DNA from: Candidatus Binataceae bacterium
GTDB lineage: Bacteria > Desulfobacterota > Binatia > Binatales > Binataceae
NCBI GenBank assembly: GCA_035493515.1
Contig: DATJID010000058.1
Coordinates: 1,201 to 65,200, forward strand
Direction of reading: 5' to 3'
Length of the DNA: 64,000 bases
A program made the translations under genes and the position numbers. Below are positions 1 through 9,574 of the stretch, piece by piece; the stretch's first letter is position 1; each line of letters starts with the position of its first letter. The notes beneath the pieces are model-generated. The model saw only the letters and a program-made list of their open reading frames with translations. It was not told the origin of the DNA and searched no databases.

Positions 1-698
1 GCCAGCTCGACCAGCTCGCGCGAGGCCTTGTAGCGATGGATCTCGATGCCCGCGATCAGGACGGGCTTGCGGCTTTCGTTGAACATCGCGGCAGTCTCGC
101 GCGCCGCCTCCTCGAGGCGGCGGGCGTCGGACTCGTGAAAGCGCAGCTGGCCGTCCCATTCCAGCAGTTCGTCGGGCACCTCGATCTCGCGGTCGACCAT
201 GTCGCGATGGATCTCGATGTAGCCGGGGCGCTGCTCGGCCCAAATCGCGCGCACCACGTCGTGCAGTTGCATCGCGGCCCGGCGCGGATCGGTCAACACC
301 GCCGCGGCACAGGTGACTTCCTGGTAGATGCGATGCTGGGATTCTATCTCGCGCGCCTGATGGTGAATCAGCGTGCCGAGCTTGCGCTCCTCCTCGCCAG
401 GCCCCCCGGACAAGATGAGCAGCGGCACGCGCTCGGAAAACGATCCCGCCACCGGGTTGACCATGTTATGGCCGCCGGCGCCATAAGTTACACAAATGAC
501 CCCGATTTTACCGGTGGCGCGCGCATAGCCGTCGGCCGCGAAACCGACGCCGGGCTCGTGCGAGAAGGTCATGATTTGCGGTCCCTCGCGCCGGCCCAGG
601 GCGAAAAACAGCTTCAGCGCGAGATCGCCCGGGATCCCGAAAACGTGGGTTGCGCCGATCTTGCGCAGGTAGGCGACCAGAAAATCGCCCATGGACAT
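1..698 (-). CDS. Thiamine-diphosphate-dependent alpha-keto acid decarboxylase family protein (IpdC/PDC-like), N-terminal part; the gene runs off the window start
   Basis: Absent from the ORF track because it is open at the window edge. The reverse complement from 698 reads MSMGDFLVAYLRKIGATHVFGIPGDLALKLFFAL...GVICVTYGAGGHNMVNPVAGSFSERVPLLILSGGPG. This is the N-terminal ThDP pyrimidine-binding domain pattern. The listed 36..1145 + ORF is its antisense shadow. Confidence 0.8.
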   Translation of the reverse strand, partial: MSMGDFLVAYLRKIGATHVFGIPGDLALKLFFALGRREGPQIMTFSHEPGVGFAADGYARATGKIGVICVTYGAGGHNMVNPVAGSFSERVPLLILSGGPGEEERKLGTLIHHQAREIESQHRIYQEVTCAAAVLTDPRRAAMQLHDVVRAIWAEQRPGYIEIHRDMVDREIEVPDELLEWDGQLRFHESDARRLEEAARETAAMFNESRKPVLIAGIEIHRYKASRELVEL

Positions 699-851
699 GT
701 GCCGTTTCACCCGCGAGACCTCCTCTCCGTGCTCCGTCTCACTGTAGCAGATTGGCGCTCCGTGCTCCCGCCCAATCCGTGTGGCTTGGGACGGAGGCCG
801 CGGAGGAGTATAAAAAAAGAAGAGCAACCCGTGTTTAGTAGACTCCTCAGG

Positions 852-1145
852 ATGCAATTGATGGGCCCGCTGCAGATGCGCGGGCTGCTGATGTTTCTGC
901 CGCAGTTCGTCCGCGTCTTCTGGCGCCTGATGCATGACACGCGGGTCTCCGCACTGGCCAAGGCAGTGCCGTTTCTCGGCGTGCTTGCGCTGCTTTCACC
1001 GCCGCTGCTGGAACTCGATTTCATTCCCATCGTCGGCGAACTCGACTGGATTCTCGTCGGATTCATCTGCCTCAAGATCTTCATCTGGCTATGCCCGCCC
1101 GACGTGGTGCGCGAGCACGTCAGCAAGGTCGGGCGCGGCGCGTAG
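852..1145 (+). CDS. Small membrane protein, DUF1232/YkvA-like
   Basis: In-frame ATG at 852 inside the 36..1145 ORF. The product MQLMGPLQMRGLLMFLPQF...LLSPPLLELDFIPIVGELDWILVGF resembles the DUF1232 core (sP.DliPDfiPvvG.lDD). Confidence 0.5.
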   Translation: MQLMGPLQMRGLLMFLPQFVRVFWRLMHDTRVSALAKAVPFLGVLALLSPPLLELDFIPIVGELDWILVGFICLKIFIWLCPPDVVREHVSKVGRGA

Positions 1146-1165
1146 CGCGGGGGGAGCCTATATAG

Positions 1166-3940
1166 ATGCGACCGCGGATCGTCCTGTTCAGCCTCGCCGC
1201 GATCATCGTCGTCATTCTGATTGTCCTGGGGCTCGCCGACGAGTTGCTGGTCGATCTGCTGTGGTTCGGCGTGCTCGGCTATCGTTCAGTCTTCCTGACT
1301 CAGCTCGGCGCCCAAATCACGATTTTCGCGCTCGTATGGTTCGTCACCTTCGTCGCCATATGCGCCAGCGGCTTCGTCGCCCTCCGCTTGAGCGAGGAGC
1401 GCGAGCGTCTCCGTATCGTACGTCGCTCCGAAGAGATGACCGAGGTCAACCTGCCTGAGCTGATTAGAGCGCTCGGCGACCGTATTCCATGGCGCCTGCT
1501 CGTGGCAGGGGCGGCAATTTTGCTCGGTCTGTTCGCGGCCTCGGGCGAGGCCTCGTCGTGGGACGTCTACCTCAAGGGCTTTTACGCCGCGCCGTTTGCT
1601 CGGACCGATCCGGCCTTCGGCAAGAACCTCGGTTTCTATGTCTTCGCGCTGCCGTTGCTCGAGGACTGGCGCGACCTGTTCATGCTGATTCTGTTCCTGA
1701 CCGCCGTGGTGACCGGAATTATCTACTGGGCGCGTGGGGCGCTGGATTTCCGTGAATCACCTCCGCGTATCGCTGGGGGCGCGGCCGCGCATTTCTCCGT
1801 ATTGTTAGCGGTCTTTTTCGTGCAGCGCGCGATGAACTACTGGCTGGCGCGCTTTGAACTACTGCTGCATAGCAATGGCGTGGTCTATGGCCTGCGTTAC
1901 GTCGATCACGTGCTGTGGGAGCCGGGCCTGTGGCTGCTGGTCGCATTGTCGCTGGTGGCCGCAGCGGTAAGCCTCGCGAATCTGGGACAGCGCGGACTTA
2001 GGCTGCCGGTGGTCGCGGCGATCGTGCTCTTCGGTCCGGCGATCTTCCTCAACCTGATCCAGCCAGTAATCGAAAAGCTCTATGTCAAGCCCGACGAGCT
2101 ACGAGTGGAGAAACCCTACCTGGAGCGGAATATCGCGCTGACCCGGGAGGCCTATCATCTCGACAGCGTCGATGTGCGACAATTCGACGGCAAGGGAACG
2201 CTCACGGAAGCTTCGCTCGAGCAGGACGCGCCCACGGTCGACAATATCCGGCTATGGGATCCACGCCCGCTGCTCGCGACCTACCGCCAGTTGCAGGAAA
2301 TCCGGCTCTACTATGATTTTCAGGACGTGGACATCGACCGCTACTGGATCAACAACAAATATACCGAGGTGATGCTCTCGCCGCGCGAGCTTAACATTTC
2401 ACTACTGCCCGACAACGCTCAGACCTGGGTCAACCGCCATCTCAAGTTCACCCACGGCAGCGGACTCACGATGAGCCCGGTCAACGCCAAGGACAGCGAA
2501 GGACTGCCGGTCTTCTATATGAAGAACATCCCGGTGGAGTCCGATGTCGGATTCAAGCTCCCGCAACCAGCGATCTATTTCGGCCAGGAACCCGACAGCT
2601 ATGCAGTCGTCAAGGCTGCTACTCCCGAATTTGACTACCCACTGGGCGCCGACAACGTCTACTCATACTACAAGGGCAGCGGCGGCGTGCCGGTCAGCGG
2701 CCTGATCCGCCGTCTGCTGTTCAGTTATTTCTTCCGCGACATCAATCTGCTGGTGACCAGCAATATCCTCGATGGCAGCCGCATCATGATTCGGCGCAAC
2801 ATCAGCGACCGCGTCGCGCGCCTCGCGCCGTTTCTGGGCCAGGACCGCGATCCCTACCTCGTGCTGCACGACGGCCATCTGATCTGGATTATCGATTGCT
2901 ACACCACCAGCGATCATTTTCCATACTCGCAGCGCAACTCGGAAGGGATCAACTATATCCGCAACGCGGTCAAGGTGGTGGTGGATGCGTACACGGGCGC
3001 GGTTGATTTCTATGTCGCCGACCCCGCCGATCCGATCATCCGAACCTGGCAGCGGATTTTCCCGGCGATGTTCAAGCCGATGTCGGCCATGCCCGGCGAT
3101 TTGCGCCAGCACATCCGCTATCCTGAAGACTACTTCCTGATCCAGGCTGACATCTACCGCACCTATCATATGACCGACCCCGCCGTTTTCTACAACCGCG
3201 AGGACCAGTGGGGTTTCCCGCGTGAGAACTACGCCGACGAAACCGTCCCCATGCAGCCTTACTATGTAATCATGCGGCTCCCCGGGGAGACCCATGACGA
3301 ATACATACTGATGCTGCCGATGGTGCCGGAGAGCCGCGGTACTGTGCGCGACAATATGATTTCGTGGCTCGCCGCGCGCTGCGACGGGGTCGACTACGGC
3401 CATCTGTTCGAATTCGCTTTCTCCAAGGACCGGCTGTTCTATGGCCCTTATCAGATCCAGGCGCGCATCAATCAAAACCCTGACATTTCGCAACAGTACT
3501 CGCTGTGGAACCAGATGGGTTCCAAGGTCATTCTGGGCAATCTGCTGGTCTTCCCAATCGAGAACGCGTTGCTGTACGTCGAACCGCTCTACATCCGTGC
3601 GCAAAGCGGCCAGCTTCCCGAATTGCAGCGCGTAATCGCAGCCTACAGCGATCGTATCGTGATGGGGAACGACCTCAAAAGCACGCTGAACGCGCTCTTC
3701 ACCGCGCCGGTTGAAATTCCGCCGCCCACCATCTCTTCCACCGCGGCGCAGGCGGCCACCGCGATGGCGCCCGGCGCGGCGAACCCGCCGCCAGCGGTCA
3801 AGGGCGACCTTACGGGCGCCAGCATGCATTACAACCGCGCCCTGGCCGCGCTCAGGACCGGCGACTGGGCTCAGTTCGGCAGCGAGATGCAGCAACTCGG
3901 CACGGAACTCGGCCATCCGTCCGATTCGGGACATCATTAG
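1166..3940 (+). CDS. UPF0182 family large membrane protein (COG1615)
   Basis: 924 aa with a multi-TM N-terminus (LVDLLWFGVLGYRSVFLTQLGAQITIF) and a long soluble part carrying conserved blocks (YYDFQDVDIDRY, LKFTHGSGLTMSPVNA, YIRNAVKVVVDAYTG, YPEDYF). Confidence 0.85.
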   Translation: MRPRIVLFSLAAIIVVILIVLGLADELLVDLLWFGVLGYRSVFLTQLGAQITIFALVWFVTFVAICASGFVALRLSEERERLRIVRRSEEMTEVNLPELIRALGDRIPWRLLVAGAAILLGLFAASGEASSWDVYLKGFYAAPFARTDPAFGKNLGFYVFALPLLEDWRDLFMLILFLTAVVTGIIYWARGALDFRESPPRIAGGAAAHFSVLLAVFFVQRAMNYWLARFELLLHSNGVVYGLRYVDHVLWEPGLWLLVALSLVAAAVSLANLGQRGLRLPVVAAIVLFGPAIFLNLIQPVIEKLYVKPDELRVEKPYLERNIALTREAYHLDSVDVRQFDGKGTLTEASLEQDAPTVDNIRLWDPRPLLATYRQLQEIRLYYDFQDVDIDRYWINNKYTEVMLSPRELNISLLPDNAQTWVNRHLKFTHGSGLTMSPVNAKDSEGLPVFYMKNIPVESDVGFKLPQPAIYFGQEPDSYAVVKAATPEFDYPLGADNVYSYYKGSGGVPVSGLIRRLLFSYFFRDINLLVTSNILDGSRIMIRRNISDRVARLAPFLGQDRDPYLVLHDGHLIWIIDCYTTSDHFPYSQRNSEGINYIRNAVKVVVDAYTGAVDFYVADPADPIIRTWQRIFPAMFKPMSAMPGDLRQHIRYPEDYFLIQADIYRTYHMTDPAVFYNREDQWGFPRENYADETVPMQPYYVIMRLPGETHDEYILMLPMVPESRGTVRDNMISWLAARCDGVDYGHLFEFAFSKDRLFYGPYQIQARINQNPDISQQYSLWNQMGSKVILGNLLVFPIENALLYVEPLYIRAQSGQLPELQRVIAAYSDRIVMGNDLKSTLNALFTAPVEIPPPTISSTAAQAATAMAPGAANPPPAVKGDLTGASMHYNRALAALRTGDWAQFGSEMQQLGTELGHPSDSGHH

Positions 3941-4011
3941 CCAGTCGGCGCGCGTTAGCTTTTGTATTAGTCAGTTGGCGCAATCCGCGCCGCAGGGGGG
4001 GGAGACCGAGG

Positions 4012-5667
4012 GTGACCGACCGATCCGTGCTGAGCCGCGCCGACGCTGGCGCCATGGCATATGCGGCGCCAGCCGATTCATTGGCGGGCCGAATGAGTAC
4101 TCTCGCCGCGCTCGCGGCGGCAGCGGCGACTGGCGGCGGCGCGTGCCTTATCTCATGGCAACGCGCGAACGATACCGGAGCCGCCTACGCGCCCGCCGAC
4201 CCCGGATGGGAGCCGGCCCTGTGGGCGATCCTGGGGATGCTCTCGCGCCAGGGTGCCAGCGCGGACGGCCGCGGGCGCGACGCCGCGCCCAGCTTCGCCC
4301 TAAAGATGAGCGCCGCCGAGGTGACGCTCCGATGCGGCCGGGCACTCCCGGTGCAGACTCGGCTCGAGGCCTGCGCCGTATCCTCGTCGGCCTCGCCCAC
4401 CGCTCACGCCAGCATCGTGATGCTGGTGCCGCATGGTATCCTACCGGCGCAAAGCGAGGCGCTGCTGGACCTTGTCCGGCGCCAGGCGCTGGCTGAAATC
4501 CAGCTCAGTGAAGAGGCTGCTTCGCTATGGTTCTGGCGCGATCGCGCAGCCACCGCGACGGAACGGTTGGCCGCCGAGCGCGCGTTGGCGCGGCGCGAGC
4601 GCGGTGACAGCGGACGGGTCGAGCGCGCACTGGCCGCGGCGCTCAAGTTCGCCCCGCGCGAGCGATGGGCCGGTCTCGGCAGACTTTTCGCGGCAACCGG
4701 ACCGTTTGCCGCGTGGATCGTGGCGACCGCCCAAAGCGGCGCCGCCGCGCCTCGCGTTGCCGCGGGCTCGACCCGCGCACTCAGCGCCGCGCTTAGTCTT
4801 GACGCGAAAAGCGCGCTCGCCGAGGCGATGCGCCGGCAAGCAACTGTCGTGCGCAGCGCGGGGGGCCGGCGCGCCGGAGCCTGGCACGAGGATCGCCTGT
4901 TCCACAGCTTCGCCGACTACCTCTGCGTGCCATTCGACGGCGGCGCGATCGCGCTCGCCACTGCCAGGCCGCTGGAAACGGCGGCGCGCGAGCGCGCCGA
5001 GGCGCTGGCCGCGCGGCTTGGTCCGGTCAGCTCCGGATGGGCCGCGGCGGAGGACGCGGCCCATCTGCGCGAGCTCGTGCGTGCGCTGGGCTTGCGGCTA
5101 TTCGGGGCGGTCGAAGCCGAGCGCGCGCGGATCGCGCGCGATCTGCATGACGATCAGGCCCAGCTGCTCGCCGCCGCGCGCCTCGCGCTCGAAGGCGGAC
5201 GGGATGAGGCGCGCGCCATCTTCGAGCGGCTGGAGGCCGAGCTGCGCGTGCGGCTCCGCGAATTGCGCCCGGCGGAGCTGGGCAGGCGCACGCTCGGCGC
5301 TGCGCTGCGCGCCGAACTCGACCGTCTCGCCGCAGCCGGGATGGTCACGCAGATTAAAGGCATCGCAACAGCCAATCGCCTGCCGCCCAACATACGCCAG
5401 GTTTGCTACCAGGTCGCGCGCGAAGCGCTCGCCAACGTCGTGCGTCACGCCCGCGCCACCCGCGCGCAGGTTTTGGTCGAGCGCGACGCGGGCGTCGCAC
5501 GCCTCACGGTCAGCGACAATGGCCGTGGCATCGAAGCCGGGGCGCGCACCGCGGACGGGATGGGCTTGGGCGGGCTCGTCGAGCGGCTGGAATTTCTGGG
5601 CGGCGCGATGCGGGTCGAGTCGGGACGCGGGATGACCCGGCTGGTCGCCGAGATACCGCTGGAGTAG
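4012..5667 (+). CDS. Soluble sensor histidine kinase, NarL-class (HisKA_3 + HATPase_c) with a long Ala-rich N-terminal sensor region
   Basis: GTG start preceded by GGGGGGGAG. H-box ERARIARDLHDDQAQLL. N/G boxes ALANVVRHA and DNGRGI...GMGLGGLVERLEFLGG. I see no obvious TM segment. Confidence 0.85.
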   Translation: MTDRSVLSRADAGAMAYAAPADSLAGRMSTLAALAAAAATGGGACLISWQRANDTGAAYAPADPGWEPALWAILGMLSRQGASADGRGRDAAPSFALKMSAAEVTLRCGRALPVQTRLEACAVSSSASPTAHASIVMLVPHGILPAQSEALLDLVRRQALAEIQLSEEAASLWFWRDRAATATERLAAERALARRERGDSGRVERALAAALKFAPRERWAGLGRLFAATGPFAAWIVATAQSGAAAPRVAAGSTRALSAALSLDAKSALAEAMRRQATVVRSAGGRRAGAWHEDRLFHSFADYLCVPFDGGAIALATARPLETAARERAEALAARLGPVSSGWAAAEDAAHLRELVRALGLRLFGAVEAERARIARDLHDDQAQLLAAARLALEGGRDEARAIFERLEAELRVRLRELRPAELGRRTLGAALRAELDRLAAAGMVTQIKGIATANRLPPNIRQVCYQVAREALANVVRHARATRAQVLVERDAGVARLTVSDNGRGIEAGARTADGMGLGGLVERLEFLGGAMRVESGRGMTRLVAEIPLE

Positions 5668-5678
5668 CGAGCGTCGCG

Positions 5679-6338
5679 ATGGGCAGCGAGCGCATCCGTG
5701 TCGTCCTTGCCGACGACCATCGCCTGTTTCGGGAGGCCTTGCGCACCGTGCTCGAGCGCGAGTGTGAGGTCGTCGGTGAAGCCGCGAGCGGCGAAGAAGC
5801 GGTGGCACTCGCCGCGCGCACGCGTCCCGACATCGTGCTACTGGACGTCGGGATGCCCGGAGTGGGCGGCCTCAACGCGGCGCATCGTCTGGCCAGGGAG
5901 TCGCCCAACTCCAAGGTGGTGATCCTGAGCCAGCACGACGATGAGGAGTACGTGATCGAAGCGATGGTCGACGCGGGCGCGGCCGGCTACCTGGTCAAGA
6001 CCGACGCCGCCAGCGAGTTGCTGAGCGCGTTGCGCGCGGTGGCCACGGGGCGGCGCTATCTGAGCGCCACGGTCGCGCCGGCCGTGCTCGCGCGGCTCAA
6101 AAACGCGAGCGGCGGGACGCGCGCGGGCGGCGCAACGGTGAAACTCACCCGGCGCGAGCGCGAAGTGCTGAGCCTCATCGGCGAGGGCGCGACCAGCAAA
6201 GACATCGCCGCGCGGCTGGGTATCAGCCCCAAGACCGCGCAGGTTCATCGCGACAACCTCAAGCAAAAGCTCAAGGCAAAATCGACGGCCGCAATAGTGC
6301 GTTACGCGATCAAGCATAAGTTGATCCGCGCCGAGTAG
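5679..6338 (+). CDS. NarL/LuxR-family response regulator (REC + LuxR HTH)
   Basis: In-frame ATG at 5679, 9 nt after the kinase stop. IRVVLADDHRLFREAL...DIVLLDVGMPGVGG (receiver) and LTRREREVLSLIGEGATSKDIAARLGISPKTAQVHRDNLKQKL (LuxR HTH). Confidence 0.9.
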   Translation: MGSERIRVVLADDHRLFREALRTVLERECEVVGEAASGEEAVALAARTRPDIVLLDVGMPGVGGLNAAHRLARESPNSKVVILSQHDDEEYVIEAMVDAGAAGYLVKTDAASELLSALRAVATGRRYLSATVAPAVLARLKNASGGTRAGGATVKLTRREREVLSLIGEGATSKDIAARLGISPKTAQVHRDNLKQKLKAKSTAAIVRYAIKHKLIRAE

Positions 6339-6425
6339 GAACGCCGGCGGTTCGATTTCGCGGCGCGCTCCGTGATAATTGAAATATCGGCCTCAGGCGA
6401 GGTCGAAAGGAGCTTGACTACTGCG

Positions 6426-7106
6426 ATGGCGGAAATTGGATTATTCGAGGCGATGTACTCGGCGCGCGCGCTCAGGCGCTTCAAGCCCGATCCGGTGCCC
6501 GATGAAGTGATGACCAAGATACTCGACGCTGCGATTCGCGCGCCGTCAGGCAGCAACGCGCAGAGTTGGCTCTTCGTCGTGGTCAAGGACGCGGGGAAGC
6601 GCCGCCAGCTAGGCGCGATCTATTCCAAGGCTTCGAAGATTCTGACCGCACTCTATGCCGAGCGCCCACGCGTCAGCCATTTCACGGAAGAACAGTACCA
6701 GCGCTTCATGAGTTCAGTGACCTACCTGTTCGATCACATGCACGAGGCGCCGGTGCTGCTGCTCGCCTGTCTCAAGTCGGCGCCGGCCGGCGCCGGAGCG
6801 GGCGCCCTCAGCCTCGAGGTGCAAAGCGCGATGGCGAAGGCGGCCCGCACCCAGGGCGCGAGCATCTATCCGGCCGTGCAGAATATCATCCTGGCCTGCC
6901 GCGCTTTTAATTTGACCACCGTGCTGACCACCATCCATGCCTTCTTCGAAGAGGAGGTCAAAGCGATCGTCAAGCTGCCGCCAGAGGTCTCGACCTTCGC
7001 GCTGATGCCGATCGGCTATCCGCGCGACAAAATCGGACCCGTTCGCCGCCGGCCAGTAAACGAAGTCGCCTGTCTCGACACTTACGGGAAGCCCTGGCCC
7101 GGCTAG
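6426..7106 (+). CDS. Nitroreductase family protein
   Basis: MAEIGLFEAMYSARALRRFKPDPVPDEVMTKILDAAIRAPSGSNAQSWLFVVV is a typical nitroreductase N-terminus. The start is taken at an internal ATG of the 6372 ORF. Confidence 0.8.
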   Translation: MAEIGLFEAMYSARALRRFKPDPVPDEVMTKILDAAIRAPSGSNAQSWLFVVVKDAGKRRQLGAIYSKASKILTALYAERPRVSHFTEEQYQRFMSSVTYLFDHMHEAPVLLLACLKSAPAGAGAGALSLEVQSAMAKAARTQGASIYPAVQNIILACRAFNLTTVLTTIHAFFEEEVKAIVKLPPEVSTFALMPIGYPRDKIGPVRRRPVNEVACLDTYGKPWPG

Positions 7107-7145
7107 CCGCGCGGCGGCGTACCGGGCCTTGATGCGGGCGCCGCA

Positions 7146-7844
7146 GTGATCCCGCTGCGCGACAATGTTGCGCGCCATCGGCTGAGCCCCGTCAACACGC
7201 TGCTCATCGCGGCCAACCTCGCCGCGTTCGGGTACGAGGTGTCACTCGGCCGCGGACTTGACGCGTTCGTCGCGCGCTACGCAATGGTGCCAGGGCTGCT
7301 CGTCCGCGCGCATGTGCATGGCGCCATGCTGCTGAACGGTCATGGCCGCCTATGGCCGCCGTTTACGGTCCTTACCTCGATGTTCATCCATGGCGGCGTG
7401 GGCCACGTCGCTGGCAACATGCTCTACCTGTTCATCTTCGGCCCGGCGGTCGAGGAGCGGACCGGACCGGCGCATTACCTGTCGTTCTACCTGTTGAGCG
7501 GCATCGCCTCGGCCGCAGCGACGGTCGCAATGGCGCCGCAATCGATGGTCCCGGTGATCGGCGCGAGCGGCGCGATCGCGGGAGTTCTCGGCGCTTACTT
7601 CATTCTCTATCCGCGCGGCAGCATCCTGACCTTCTTCCCGCCATTCTTTTTTCGGGTTCCCGCAGTGCTCTACCTGATCGTTTGGTTTGCCGCGCAACTT
7701 TACTCGGGCATTGCCAGCGGAGCGGCCGGCTCGTTGATGGGCGGTGTAGCCTGGTGGGCGCACGTCGGCGGCTTTTTGTTCGGCGTCGCGGCGGGACCGA
7801 TCGCGGTGCGTCCGCCGGAGCGCCGGCGCGTCGCGCGGCGTTAG
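7146..7844 (+). CDS. Rhomboid family intramembrane serine protease
   Basis: GTG start. Motifs HGGVGHVAGNMLYLFIFG, catalytic GASGAIAGVLGAY and HVGGFLFG. Confidence 0.85.
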   Translation: MIPLRDNVARHRLSPVNTLLIAANLAAFGYEVSLGRGLDAFVARYAMVPGLLVRAHVHGAMLLNGHGRLWPPFTVLTSMFIHGGVGHVAGNMLYLFIFGPAVEERTGPAHYLSFYLLSGIASAAATVAMAPQSMVPVIGASGAIAGVLGAYFILYPRGSILTFFPPFFFRVPAVLYLIVWFAAQLYSGIASGAAGSLMGGVAWWAHVGGFLFGVAAGPIAVRPPERRRVARR

Positions 7845-8001
7845 TTTTTCTTCGATCAACGCTCGTCACTGTTGATAGTGTTCAAAGTCGTTCGCGATTT
7901 TGGGAGTATCTGCGCCGCGCCTACTTGTCCGCCGCCGCCGCATTCCCGATACTTGATTTCCCGGTTACACGGCGTGGTTTCGAGCGGTAGGGGAGGCGGT
8001 T

Positions 8002-9387
8002 GTGGCGGCGGCATCCAGTGACGACATTTTAAGGCGTGTTCCTCCGCAGAATCTCGAGGCCGAGCAATCAGTGCTCGGCGCCATCCTGCTCGAGAACGAG
8101 GCTATCAACCAGGCCCTCGAAGTCCTCAACCCCGACGACTTCTATCGCGAGTCGCATCGCGAGATCTTCCGGGTGATGACCGAGCTGTCGGACCGCAGCC
8201 AGCCGGTCGACGCGATCACGATGACCGACGCGCTGCGCACGCGCGGCAAGCTCGAAGCGATCGGCGGCCCGGCCTACATCGCCGAGCTCGCCGCCTGCGT
8301 CCCGACCGCCTCCAACGTCGCGCACTATGCGCGCATCGTGCGCGAAAAGGCGGTGCTGCGCGCGCTGGCCTCGACCGCGACCGAGATCGCGTCGTCCGCC
8401 TACGACGCGCCCGCGCGGGTCGACGAATTCCTGGACGAGGCCGAGCACAAAATTTTCGAGATCTCCGAGCGCCGCATCCGCGCCTCGTTTCACACGATGC
8501 ACGAGCTGACGCGCGAGTCGCTCAAGATCATCGAGCGGCTTTACGAGCGCAAGGAGATGGTGACCGGCGTGCCGACCGGCTTCACCGACCTCGACCGCAT
8601 CACCGCCGGCCTGCAGCCGGCCGACCTGGTGGTGATTGCCGCGCGCCCCTCGATGGGCAAGACGGCGCTCGCGCTCAACATCGCGGCTTACGCGGCGACC
8701 GAGGCCGAGCCGCGCCGCGGCGTGGCCTTCTTCTCGCTGGAAATGTCCAAGGAGCAGCTCGTGTTGCGGCTGCTGTGCTCGGAGGCGCGGGTCGACAGCT
8801 CGAAGGCGCGCGCCGGGTATCTCGGCGAGCGCGATTTTCCCAAGCTCGCGGTGGCGGCGGCGCGTCTGGCCGAGGCTCCGATTTTCATCGACGACAGCTC
8901 CGACACTTCCGCAATCGTGCTGAAGGCGAAGTGCCGGCGCCTCGCGCGCGATTCCAGCGCCAACCTCGGACTCATCATCGTCGACTATCTGCAGCTGATG
9001 CGCGCGGCACGGCCGGGCGAGTCGCGCGAGAAAGAGATCGCCGAAATCTCGCGCTCGCTCAAGTCGCTGGCCAAGGAACTCCGCGTCCCGGTGATCGCGC
9101 TCTCACAGCTCAACCGCCAGGTCGAGACCCGCCCCGACCGCCGACCGCTGCTCGCCGACCTGCGTGAGTCAGGCGCAATCGAGCAGGACGCCGACGTGAT
9201 CGCGTTCATCTATCGCGACGAGATGTACCATCGCGACAGCAAGGAACCCGGCGTGGCTGAAGTGATCATCGCCAAGCAGCGCAACGGACCCACGGACACC
9301 GCCAAGCTCACCTACATCAGCCAGTTCACGCGCTTCGAGAATTACGCGCCCGAGGCCGGCTACTTCGAGGGCGCCGAAGAGGGTTAG
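8002..9387 (+). CDS. dnaB: Replicative DNA helicase DnaB
   Basis: PPQNLEAEQSVLGAILL, Walker A ARPSMGKTALALN, IIVDYLQLM, SQLNRQVE and RESGAIEQDADV. GTG start with GGGAGG upstream. Confidence 0.95.
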   Translation: MAAASSDDILRRVPPQNLEAEQSVLGAILLENEAINQALEVLNPDDFYRESHREIFRVMTELSDRSQPVDAITMTDALRTRGKLEAIGGPAYIAELAACVPTASNVAHYARIVREKAVLRALASTATEIASSAYDAPARVDEFLDEAEHKIFEISERRIRASFHTMHELTRESLKIIERLYERKEMVTGVPTGFTDLDRITAGLQPADLVVIAARPSMGKTALALNIAAYAATEAEPRRGVAFFSLEMSKEQLVLRLLCSEARVDSSKARAGYLGERDFPKLAVAAARLAEAPIFIDDSSDTSAIVLKAKCRRLARDSSANLGLIIVDYLQLMRAARPGESREKEIAEISRSLKSLAKELRVPVIALSQLNRQVETRPDRRPLLADLRESGAIEQDADVIAFIYRDEMYHRDSKEPGVAEVIIAKQRNGPTDTAKLTYISQFTRFENYAPEAGYFEGAEEG

Positions 9388-9488
9388 CGGGTCCGGCAAG
9401 AGCATTAGCGGGTCCGGCAAGAGCGTTAGCGGGTCCGGCAAGAGCGTTAGCGGGTCAGCGAAGGGCGTTAGGGTCTCGAGAAAGCGCG
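9384..9488. repeat. 21-bp tandem repeat: 3 near-perfect copies plus 2 decayed copies, starting on the dnaB stop codon
   Basis: TTAGCGGGTCCGGCAAGAGC(A/G) at 9384-9404, 9405-9425 and 9426-9446. Degenerate copies at 9447-9467 and 9468-9488. Confidence 0.85.
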
Positions 9489-9574
9489 CTGGCTTTCCCA
9501 CTGAACACTTCGATTCGATTTGCGACGCCGCGCGGCCCGGGCTAGTTTGCGCCCATAATCATTCGGAGGCGCAG

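Noticed and set aside
36-1145. 369-codon + strand ORF at the window start
   Set aside because: Its first ~220 codons are the antisense shadow of a clear ThDP-enzyme gene on the minus strand (1-698). Only the last ~97 codons (852-1145) look like a real small membrane protein.
2663-3937. 424-codon minus-strand ORF
   Set aside because: It lies entirely antisense to the well-supported UPF0182 gene. Its Arg/Gly/Ala-rich composition is typical of GC-rich shadow frames.
9384-9488. Possible CRISPR array
   Set aside because: The units are contiguous 21-mers with no spacers, and there are no cas genes in the window.
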